DNA from: a virus | Reading direction: 5' to 3' (one strand) | Length of the DNA: 64,000 nt | IMG/VR virus record: IMGVR_UViG_3300035228_001133 | Location: 14,402-78,401 of that record | Part shown: positions 20,508-30,100 of the stretch, piece by piece | Numbering within the stretch: the first letter of the stretch is position 1 | How the letters are laid out: the number at the start of each line of letters is the position of its first letter | Made by a program: the position numbers and the translations under genes | The notes under the pieces: generated by a model | Told to the model about the DNA's origin: nothing | Databases searched by the model: none | Seen by the model: the letters and a program-made list of their open reading frames with translations, nothing else

Positions 20508-21515
20508 ATGGCATTACTAGTTCCCAATATTGGTGAAATTGAGTCTCTCCGTTATCTGATTGCTCAGAATAACTTTGTTGCAGACTTGGAGGATACTTCA
20601 CCAAGAAATCTCGTTCTTAAATTATTTACGAGTAACACCACCCCTGCTGAGGGTGATGTTCCTTCCCAGACTGCATATTTTGAACCATATATTGACGGAA
20701 ACGTTAATGGTTACGGAACTACTGCAAATACTGGTTACCCCGTCTGCGTCGATAATAGAATCGATCAAGACTACACCGCACAGTACGGTGTTCTTCTAAA
20801 CGGATCTCGCTGGGTTATTAAGAACGTTGGTAGTGGTACAACCGCAACCTATCCCGAACAGACTTTCACCTTTACTGGACCTGCTGGTAATATCTACGGT
20901 TATTATGTAACCAGAGCAAACAACATGCCTGTATCCGTACAGGGTGTTAACCACGCAGCTAGTGTGGGTATCGGAACAACCGTCACCAAGGGTAACAACA
21001 CTGATCCATGTATTGGAGTTGTTGGTAATAGATTCTTTGTTGTTGACCCACAGGTCTCCATCAACGATCTAACTCTTGGACAGTATGTTGCTGGTAACGC
21101 AGGTGTCCAAACTGGTACGAGAATTATTGGTCTTGACCGAGCCTTGCAAGTTGTCTATCTAGACAAACCACTGATTGATAACATTCAGGTTGCAACTGAT
21201 CCATCGGTTACCTTTAGTTTCGGTAAGATTGCTATTGTCAATCACGGTCTTCAGCGAGGAGATATCCTTTACGTTGCTGCTGGTTCAGGTAACACGACTC
21301 TTGAGTCCAATGTTTACACGGTCTTTGATTCACCAAACGCTGATGAGTTTGTAACTACACCTTCTCTGACTGCAACATCTAACGGTGTACTTGGTCTCAA
21401 TACCGCTACTCTCTACTCCAGCATCATGTACGCTGAGAGATTCACGAATGGTCCATACAACATTCAGAACAACGGTGACCAAATTAAAATCACCCTGAAC
21501 GTCGCACTTGACTGA
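20508..21515 (+). CDS. Virion structural protein (MALLVPNIGE...)
   Basis: Strong RBS, high-expression codon usage, own promoter and terminator; YPEQTFTF...IYGYYV and AERFTNGPYNIQNNGDQIKIT motifs. Confidence 0.8.
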   Translation: MALLVPNIGEIESLRYLIAQNNFVADLEDTSPRNLVLKLFTSNTTPAEGDVPSQTAYFEPYIDGNVNGYGTTANTGYPVCVDNRIDQDYTAQYGVLLNGSRWVIKNVGSGTTATYPEQTFTFTGPAGNIYGYYVTRANNMPVSVQGVNHAASVGIGTTVTKGNNTDPCIGVVGNRFFVVDPQVSINDLTLGQYVAGNAGVQTGTRIIGLDRALQVVYLDKPLIDNIQVATDPSVTFSFGKIAIVNHGLQRGDILYVAAGSGNTTLESNVYTVFDSPNADEFVTTPSLTATSNGVLGLNTATLYSSIMYAERFTNGPYNIQNNGDQIKITLNVALD

Positions 21516-21546
21516 TTCATATATAAAATAGAATATTTGTCATGGT

Positions 21547-21581
21547 GGGGATTGCTTTATTATCAAGGCAGTCCCCTTTTT
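21547..21581 (+). terminator. Rho-independent terminator
   Basis: GGGGATTGCTTT-ATTATC-AAGGCAGTCCCC followed by a T tract. Confidence 0.85.
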
Positions 21582-21604
21582 CATCAAATGATAAGAATTA
21601 AACT

Positions 21605-24600
21605 ATGGCCGTTTATGTCTACGATACCAATAAGGTAGATATATTCGTTTCGGAAGATGAGGGTTTGGTAACCACTTCCGTAACGAGTACGGCTGACTAT
21701 GGCAACATTTCAGACACTGCTGACGATGATCGCGGTGCAGATAATTTCAATCCTTGGTATTTTGGATTAATTACAGACCTAGCGGATGTCTTGCCATTTG
21801 GTAAGTTTGATGTTGGTGGAAACGCATTACCACTAAATTCTCCAGCTATTCCTGGTTCTGGACTATTCCGCATAGAAGATATTGCAGAAGTATCGTATGT
21901 AACCCCCTGGAGAGGGTCTGGAAGCCTCTTTGAGATCGGTGGAGGTCTGGAACGACTTGTCATCCCAGACTTGGGTGCCGCAGGACCATCTCCGTCCATA
22001 TACGGACAAGCAGAAGAATCGAATACATTTGTTACAGTCGGATCTGGCATACTCGCTCAACTTTCTGATGAAGGAGCGACAGACAAGTTTAACAGATATC
22101 CCTGGGACGCTACAGGTACTCTTACCCTCAGTGGATATAACGGCACAATATTTCCAGACGACTTTATTGCGGTCATTAAAAATGTCGCAAAGGTTAAGGG
22201 CAAGGCTCAAGATCGCGTTATTTATGACTACCGTCTGGATCCAGACACCAAGTTCGATACTGAAAACTGTGGATTCGTATTCGACACATCGGGTGGCAAG
22301 TTCTCCGATGCTGATGATCTAACCTTTGACAGAATCATCACTACCAATAAGGATAGGTCCTTTAGTGATGATGATCAACTTGAATATGAGAATTTCGGTG
22401 ATATTACCGCAAGTATTCAACAGATTGAAGATCGCGGAATCATTGAGAGAAAACTCGGTGGTGGACTGTTCATGCACGATTACCAGGCAACTGGTATCAG
22501 TGCATCAGAATCTATTCCATTCGCATATTTTGGTACTGGATCTCTATTTGCACTTGGAGAACTCGATCCAGACAAAGATGTCGATCAGGTATTTGGATAC
22601 GCAGGTTCTGGTGGATTCAATGCTACTGGAGAGAACTTCTTCAGTCAGGCTCCACAAAGCACAATATTCGGTCTCGAAGGAGAAATTTCCTTCAATGGAT
22701 CTGGTGTCGAAAGATTTGTTCCTGCAACTGTTGATAATACAGTACTCTTCAATCAAGTTGGTTCTGCTAACGATAAGATTATTTGGCAGGCTGGGGAACG
22801 TAAGATCACCATCAGACCAATTGGATTTGGATCTGTACTTCTTTCTGATACTCCACCTACATCTACAGCAACTCTGGTTGTATCTGGTGCAGCAACGGAT
22901 CTCGAAAGAACATTTGCTGATGGCAATGTAAACCTCTTTGATATTAGTGGAGATGCCGGCAACCCATTAGATTCCAGATTTACACCACACTTTAGATCTG
23001 CAAAAGGAGATATTGTCCTCCCAGATGAAGATTGGGGTCTTATTACAAACTCGGCAACCGAGTTTGAAGATTGGGGATATATCCGAGAAGTTGCAACCAC
23101 TTCTCTTGTATTTGGAGATATTCTTTCTCCATTCAATTACATTCAGATTGGTGGTCAACATTATCCAAGTACAGATACATTCTCTGTTGGGGAGTCTTCG
23201 CTCACCAAACAGACACTTGGATTTACTGGAATTGCAACATTCAGGATTTCCGAAGATTCCAGTCTGGAAAGAACGTTCGGATACGAATCGTCTGGTATTA
23301 CTGGTATTGCCACCTACAAGGCTGGTATCAACATCTTTGGTTACAACTGGTTCAGTCAGGCTCCACAAAGTACAGTATTCGGTCTCGAAGGTGAACTTAC
23401 TCTTAGTGGTTCTGGGAATGAGTCTATTACTCCGTTCATTGAACCTCAAGGAACTGATGGAAACTTTACTTTCCTATCTGGTCTTGCAGAATCAAGATCA
23501 GTTAGTCCCGATCCAACGGGTGATGTATATGTTGGCGGAACTGCAGGTATTGTATTCAGTCCCAATATTACTGGTGTTGGTGTTGCCACACTTCGTACAG
23601 GTAGAGAAGAGTTCCAGACATATCTCAGAATCATTGATCCTGATATGGATCTTGTTCTCACCACAATTGGTGGTGGACTTGTTAATGAGGACTTCGTTAA
23701 GAGTTACAACGAATCTTCAATCTACTATGGTCCTCAAGATGAAGATTATGGAAATATCCTCAATGCAGCTGCATATGGGATGGGTCTCAACTTCTCTGGT
23801 GCTGCATCTGAAGTTGAAACCTATGATAATGAGACGAATACTTATGACCAAGATGTACTCTTCAGTAGCAACGGTCTAACTTATGACCAGAGCACTGGCG
23901 GAACAAGTATTCTTCCAAGTTTCGACAAAACAGCATCGTTCCCTGTCAACTTTGGAACTACTGTCGTATCTGAAGATCTTGGTACTCTCACCGAAGGATC
24001 TCCAATTCCAGGTGGTCCAGCATATGATCAATACCTATATCCAAATTACACTGGATTCATTGATCAGGATATCAACCAAGGTTACGATGATTTTGGATTC
24101 ATCAATGCTACTACCGATTCTCTAACCAGAGTACCTTATGGTCAGGTTGATATTGAGCAACCTCCAACTCTTACGGTCACCAGATTTATTCCTCAATGGA
24201 ATGGTTCTGGTACTATTATTCCTTCTGGTACTGCGGAAGAGAGATTTATTACCTCGGATGGCAATACCGTCCTATTCGACTTTATTGGTACTACTTCCCC
24301 AGAGAAGTTTATTGCTCAGACTCCAGAAGATACAATTCTCTTCACAATTTCTGGTGCAGCCGAAGACGAATCGGTCACCTTTGCTGAAGTTGGAATTGGA
24401 ACTGCATATTTCTCTGGTATTGGAGTCGAGAGGGTCAGATTTGTCGAGATTGGAACTGGCATTCTTTCCTTCTCTGGTTCTGCAGTGGAAAGATCCTCCA
24501 TGGATCCTCCAGAAGGAACTTATCTACATGTATTCAGTGGAACAGATGTTCGACCTGGACTTTCCTTTGCTGTCGCGACAACAAAGGCAACTCAACGTCT

Positions 24601-26206
24601 GTTTGGAGAACTATATCATCCAGACATCGACTTCACTCCACATTATGGTATTGAGAGAAATATTGGTATCGAGACCGCATTTGCACTTGCGAGTGGTGGT
24701 GGTCTCAACGAAGATGGTACTGGTCCTGGTATTGTCACTACCAGATATCTTCCCGATTATAGAGGAGAGGGTGTTCTTACTCTTAGTGGTAAGGCTATTG
24801 GTCGTACCAATGCACCAATCTTTACTGATGGTACTATCTATATCCTCGGTATTCATACCGCGGCTCAGGGAATCAGTTCTGGGAGAGAGACTGGTCTTTC
24901 GGAAAGTTATTCTCCTGGAACAATCTTTGGTGGTCCTGGACAAGTCACCTTCACGGGTGTCTCCCCTGCTCGTCCAATTCAGGTATTTGGATATTATGGG
25001 GACGACAGAGATCCTGGAGCTGGAACGACTGGAGTCATTTCGATTACTCCTGCTCAGCAAGGAATCATCATCAAATCCACCAGCGATTATGTTGGTGTTG
25101 GAACTGCATACTTCTCTGGAGAATATTCCGATCTCGTTGCAACATTCAGAGAAATTGGAACGGGAGAACTCTTCAAATTCTCTGCTCTATATGAAAGAAG
25201 AACCTTCGATTATATTGGATCTGGATTACTCACTGCATCTGGAACAACAGATGCTCCAAGTTCTTTCCAGACTCCAGAAAGTACAGTTCTCTTTGCAGTT
25301 TCTGGATATTCGCAAGAACGTGTCTCTCTGGACAACGAAACGGGTGGAACGATTTCCATCTACAACACAGAAAGAGTTATTACTGGAATTACTCTTTCTA
25401 TCTCAACTGGAGGCACGTTCAATTTCTCCTCCAGTGGTGCAGAATCGATTGTTATTCCTTCGGACACAAATACCGCTCTCTTCGATATCGAAGGAATTGC
25501 CGATACCAGAGAAATTCAGGTCTACGGTTACTATGGAGATGATAGAGATCCTGGTACATCTGGAACTATCACAATTGTTGGTGAACTTACTCCCCCACAG
25601 ATCGACTATACTCCCGCAGAGGTTGGATTTGGAGATCTTACTTTCGTTGGTAGTTCTATCATCAAGGTCGATCTCAAGATCGTCGGAAAAGGAACTCTTC
25701 CAATATCTGGTTCTGCAACAGAGAAATTTGTCAGTGGTGCAGGCGAAGATACGATTCTCTTCTCCATCGATGGAAATGCCGAAACGGCACTCAATCAAGT
25801 TTATGGATACTACGGAGACGACAAAGATCCAGGTACATCTGGAATTACTACAATTTCTGGTGTTGGTATTACAAAACCAATACAGGTATTTGGATATTAT
25901 GGAGACGACAAAGATCCTGGTACATCAGGAACATTTACATTCTCCAATACTCCTCTTGTTCACCCAGAAGTCGATTACACTCCACATTACACAGGCACGG
26001 GAGTTGTATACTTTACTGGAGGCGTTTCCGTCAAGAGGACTTTCCCAGAAGTTGTTGGTTCTGGTTCTCTCTTCGGATTTGGTACAAAAGACGAATCATT
26101 TGCGAGAACAACATACGTCGGTATCGGTGTTGCCAACTTCTTCGGAGCCTCATTTACGGAAACAATTGCGTTTGAACCAGCTCGCGTATACGTTACTATC
26201 ATTTAA
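21605..26206 (+). CDS. Large acidic repeat-rich virion protein (1533 aa)
   Basis: Long ORF with (E/D)DxGxI, FSQAPQSTxFGLEGE (x2), QVxGYYGDD(R/K)DPG (x4) and (H/P)PxxDxTP (x3) repeats. Confidence 0.8.
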   Translation: MAVYVYDTNKVDIFVSEDEGLVTTSVTSTADYGNISDTADDDRGADNFNPWYFGLITDLADVLPFGKFDVGGNALPLNSPAIPGSGLFRIEDIAEVSYVTPWRGSGSLFEIGGGLERLVIPDLGAAGPSPSIYGQAEESNTFVTVGSGILAQLSDEGATDKFNRYPWDATGTLTLSGYNGTIFPDDFIAVIKNVAKVKGKAQDRVIYDYRLDPDTKFDTENCGFVFDTSGGKFSDADDLTFDRIITTNKDRSFSDDDQLEYENFGDITASIQQIEDRGIIERKLGGGLFMHDYQATGISASESIPFAYFGTGSLFALGELDPDKDVDQVFGYAGSGGFNATGENFFSQAPQSTIFGLEGEISFNGSGVERFVPATVDNTVLFNQVGSANDKIIWQAGERKITIRPIGFGSVLLSDTPPTSTATLVVSGAATDLERTFADGNVNLFDISGDAGNPLDSRFTPHFRSAKGDIVLPDEDWGLITNSATEFEDWGYIREVATTSLVFGDILSPFNYIQIGGQHYPSTDTFSVGESSLTKQTLGFTGIATFRISEDSSLERTFGYESSGITGIATYKAGINIFGYNWFSQAPQSTVFGLEGELTLSGSGNESITPFIEPQGTDGNFTFLSGLAESRSVSPDPTGDVYVGGTAGIVFSPNITGVGVATLRTGREEFQTYLRIIDPDMDLVLTTIGGGLVNEDFVKSYNESSIYYGPQDEDYGNILNAAAYGMGLNFSGAASEVETYDNETNTYDQDVLFSSNGLTYDQSTGGTSILPSFDKTASFPVNFGTTVVSEDLGTLTEGSPIPGGPAYDQYLYPNYTGFIDQDINQGYDDFGFINATTDSLTRVPYGQVDIEQPPTLTVTRFIPQWNGSGTIIPSGTAEERFITSDGNTVLFDFIGTTSPEKFIAQTPEDTILFTISGAAEDESVTFAEVGIGTAYFSGIGVERVRFVEIGTGILSFSGSAVERSSMDPPEGTYLHVFSGTDVRPGLSFAVATTKATQRLFGELYHPDIDFTPHYGIERNIGIETAFALASGGGLNEDGTGPGIVTTRYLPDYRGEGVLTLSGKAIGRTNAPIFTDGTIYILGIHTAAQGISSGRETGLSESYSPGTIFGGPGQVTFTGVSPARPIQVFGYYGDDRDPGAGTTGVISITPAQQGIIIKSTSDYVGVGTAYFSGEYSDLVATFREIGTGELFKFSALYERRTFDYIGSGLLTASGTTDAPSSFQTPESTVLFAVSGYSQERVSLDNETGGTISIYNTERVITGITLSISTGGTFNFSSSGAESIVIPSDTNTALFDIEGIADTREIQVYGYYGDDRDPGTSGTITIVGELTPPQIDYTPAEVGFGDLTFVGSSIIKVDLKIVGKGTLPISGSATEKFVSGAGEDTILFSIDGNAETALNQVYGYYGDDKDPGTSGITTISGVGITKPIQVFGYYGDDKDPGTSGTFTFSNTPLVHPEVDYTPHYTGTGVVYFTGGVSVKRTFPEVVGSGSLFGFGTKDESFARTTYVGIGVANFFGASFTETIAFEPARVYVTII

Positions 26207-26209
26207 CTT

Positions 26210-26217
26210 TATAAATA
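26210..26217 (+). promoter_or_regulatory. Late promoter TATAAATA
   Basis: Exact consensus, intergenic. Confidence 0.85.
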
Positions 26218-26250
26218 AATCAGAAGCATACCTTTCATGAGTTCTGAATC

Positions 26251-26709
26251 ATGACAAAACAGGTTCAATTTAGAAAGGGAACCACAGCTGAACACTTTAA
26301 CTTCACTGGGGCCCTTGCTGAAATTACTGTTGATACGGATAAAAATGTTGCTGTTGTCCATGACGGTGTAACTCCTGGCGGTTTTGAACTTTCAAGATCA
26401 AGATGGATTTATGTCGCTGGAGATACTACTACTGGTACTAACCAGAAATATACGGTTGACTCCACATATACTCCTACAGGATTGAATGTTACTTTACCAA
26501 CTCCTCGTGCAGTTGGTGACTGGGTTTGGATTGAAGATTTTGGTAATTTTATGAGTATCAATCCAGTAAGCGTTATCTCGGATAAGTCTTTTGAGAACGG
26601 TCATCTCGTAAGAGAAAGTTCACCTTTTATTATGGATGTATCTGGAGCGTCTGTAACATTCATTTGGAATGGAAGTCTTTGGAAAGTGTTCAACAATAGA
26701 GGCAGTTAA
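26251..26709 (+). CDS. Small tail-fibre-associated protein (Mtd/hyaluronidase-type N-terminal domain)
   Basis: QVQFRKGTTAEH..FTGALAEITVDTDK..AVVHDG.TPGG. The C-terminal VTLP..AVGD module resembles the C-terminus of the downstream fibre. Confidence 0.75.
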   Translation: MTKQVQFRKGTTAEHFNFTGALAEITVDTDKNVAVVHDGVTPGGFELSRSRWIYVAGDTTTGTNQKYTVDSTYTPTGLNVTLPTPRAVGDWVWIEDFGNFMSINPVSVISDKSFENGHLVRESSPFIMDVSGASVTFIWNGSLWKVFNNRGS

Positions 26710-26711
26710 AC

Positions 26712-27116
26712 ATGGCACTAACCCTAAGTAATTCAATTTCTGGTGAATTTTTACCATCAGAATCATCTGGATTCTTTGTGTACGCATTAAGACGAGACGC
26801 AGATAATATGCTGCATTTCTCTAAAGTTAGTGCTGCATCTACAGAACTAGGCGAGTTTTATCGAACCAATGGAACTTCAATTCCAGAATTCGGTGATGGT
26901 GTTGACTATGGTTGTTACGATGTTGGTGTTGGTAAAACGTCAGTCATTCGTAACGACATTGCTACGGATAAAAAATCTTTAGATGATCCGAATGATAAAT
27001 ATCAACAGATCCGCTTTGATAGAAGGAACCTCTACTATTACATAGATGATGATGGTTTTTTCGTCATCAGGTTCAATGGACCAGATTATGATTACAACTC
27101 TATCGGACCAAAATAA
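26712..27116 (+). CDS. Conserved phage protein (134 aa)
   Basis: FVYALRRD and KYQQxRFDxRNLYYYIDDDG motifs; tightly packed in the operon. Confidence 0.75.
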   Translation: MALTLSNSISGEFLPSESSGFFVYALRRDADNMLHFSKVSAASTELGEFYRTNGTSIPEFGDGVDYGCYDVGVGKTSVIRNDIATDKKSLDDPNDKYQQIRFDRRNLYYYIDDDGFFVIRFNGPDYDYNSIGPK

Positions 27117-27134
27117 TAATTAAAAGGAGAAACA

Positions 27135-30100
27135 ATGGCTGAGTTTAGACTTGGAAGAGTAAAATTCAACTGGACGGGTAATTGGGATACTTCCAAATCT
27201 TACCTCATTGACGATATCGCCAAGTTTGGTGGCAATACTTATGTAGCGGTCGCAAACCATACTTCCACTGGAAGCACTGCTAACTTCTACACCGATCTCG
27301 GTAATTGGAATCTTCATATTGAGGGTCTAGAGAATAGGGGTAGTTGGTCACCAGATACGTATTACCGAGTAAACGATCTCGTCACCTTCGGTAACGTAGT
27401 ATATCGTGTTACAGTTGCACATACTTCTGTCGGTACATTTATCGACGAGACGAAGGTTGTTCAGTATGTCGCAGGATTTAATTCAGAAGGCGAATGGCAA
27501 AACACCACAGAGTATCAGCAAGGGGACGTTGTTAATTACAACGGGTCTTCCTATGTTGCTATTACTACTTCTGCTGCTGGATTTAACCCACCAGAATATA
27601 TCGGTTTAGGAACAGGTAGCAAGTGGAATGTTCTTTCCGATGGTCTTGCTGGCGCTGCAGTAACATATACAGAAGGCACCTATTATAGAGGTGACATGGT
27701 TCTGTTTGGTGGTAATTCTTATCGCCACAAACTTGGCATTACTACTAATGTTTCTCCTGTTCAAGCTGGACTGGGAACCGTTGGAGATGCTCAGTATAGT
27801 GGAACCGCCGTCTGGGATCTTCTGGTCAAAGGCATTAGCTTTGTTGGTAATTTCTCCACAACATTCGCATATCATCCAGGTCATGTCGTTAGATATGGAT
27901 CTAACTCATATGTCTCAGTTGGTGCTTCTTTCGTAAATATTAATCCAATTGCTGGTGTAGGAACATATTGGGAAACATTGGCTGCTGGTGACTCAGCTGC
28001 TGCTCTTAATACTAAGGGTGATATTCTTACTTATAACGGTGGTCCTGCTAGAATCGGTATTGGTTCTACTGGATATGCACTTGCAGTTCAAAGTGATGGA
28101 GTTCCTGGATACGAAATTGTTGGTAACCAGACAAGAATCTATTACGTTGACTCCGAAGATGGCCTAGATGCCAACAACGGTCTTGCACCTAACCTTGCAT
28201 TTAAGACAATCAAGGCGGCTTGTGCTGCTGCACGTCCTGATAACAATATCACTGACTTCCAGTATACTGCTGCAACTGGTGTTGCAACTATCACATCTCC
28301 TGGTCACGGTCTGGCAAACGTTGGTACGTTTGTTCAGTTGGCTGAGATTGAATTTGAATGTCTGTCTGGTGGTAATGTCTTCAATATCTTGGGCATGACA
28401 TACAACAAGGCTGTTGGTCTTGCAACTATTACTGCTATTGGTCTTGGTGCTGCTCCAGAAATTGGAATTGGTGCTACTGTTAGATTGAGAAATCTTGGTA
28501 TTTCATTCACTGGTAATGCAAACTTTGAACACCAGTTCTCCCGTGCAGAGTCAGATGCCCTCATCACTGGTGGTGACTATATTCATAACTTTGTGGCTGC
28601 TACTTCGGGTGCAGTTAACGTTGTAACAGGAAGTCTTTCTGGATCCCAGTTAACTCCAACAAATGCTGTTTATACGGCAACTAGTGGTGAGTTGGAGATC
28701 ACTGTTGGTTCTCACGGTTTGTCGATTAGTGACACTATCAGCTTTGATGCCAACTCAATGACATTCACTTGTCAAATGGACGGTGGTAGTTCCAATAAGA
28801 CATATCCAAGAACAACTGACCCCGCATACGGTGTCAATCTCTCGATCAATGCAATTACTGCAAACACTTTCACAGTTAACGTTGGACCTTCTCCTATCGT
28901 TAACTTCCAAGTTGGTGGTGCAACATATAACCAGGTAACTGGCGATATCGTAATGGATGTCGGTGTTCATCAACTTGATATTGGTACATCGGTCAAACTT
29001 CTTACCGAAGGCATCGTCTTCAAGTGTTCCATGGACGGTTACCTAACCGACCACGCATATCCAAGAGCAACTGCTGGTGATGGTTCTCCTGATCCTGCAT
29101 ACAATACTGCTCTGTCGATTACTGCTGCAACAACTACTACCATCACGGTTAATGTTGGTACTGCAAGTTCTTCTCAGACAATTACTGGTAAGTTCCCTGC
29201 AGTTCATACTCAGGCATCTACTTTCCAGTTCCCAGTTCAGGCAGTTCCCGATAACAACTCTATTGTAGTTAACGTCGGTGTTTCTAATACTGATTATCTC
29301 TATGTTTCTGGTGGTACTGCGTTCGTTGGTGTTACAACAACGGTTTATCCCGATAAGGTCTCTAAGTCTTACTTTGAGGTTCTTCAGGTTATTGATGCCA
29401 ATAGAATTAGAGCTAACGTTGGTATCTCCACAATCAATCACACATATGTGAGAGGTGGTCATCTAACTGATCTAACTCCTGCTATTCTGAAACTGTCTGC
29501 TTCACAGTTCTATGAGCAACTGCCAATCAAGGTTCCTCCTTTTACCTCGATTATCGGTAACTCACTAAGAGGTACTCAGGTTCTACCTGCTGCTGGTTTC
29601 TCTGACGATTCTGTAACTCCTAATAACAGATCTCAGATGTTCCAGTTGTCTGATGCTACTACCCTTCAGGCAATGTCCATGAAGGGAATGGAAGGATTTA
29701 TGTATGATCCTAACGTACCTTTCGTACTAGATAATAGTAACATTAGAACTGGTCTTGGAACAACTGCTGCTGGTGTTGTTTGTGCCTTTAACCCAGATTC
29801 CCCAATCAATAATAAGTCTCCTTACGTTAAGGATTGTACTGTATTCTCCGATAACGCAAGTGATTTCGGTCGTCACGGTGGTGGTGCTGTTGGTGTATTC
29901 GCTGATGGTGGTGTCCATTCCGAGGGTGCGAAATCAATTGTCTTTGACTCCTTCACCCAGGTATCTTCCGATGGTGCTGGATATATCCTAGACAAGAGTG
30001 CAATCTCCGAGATTGTTTCTTGCTTCACCTACTACTGTAAGTGGGGATACTACTCTGGTGGCGGATCTAGAATTCGTTCCGTTGGTGGTAACAACTCCTA

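Noticed and set aside
24138-26240. 700-aa alternative-frame ORF as a real protein
   Set aside because: Lies almost entirely within the 1533-aa gene, has a Leu/Val/Ser shadow composition and no RBS or motifs; kept only as a codon-usage observation.
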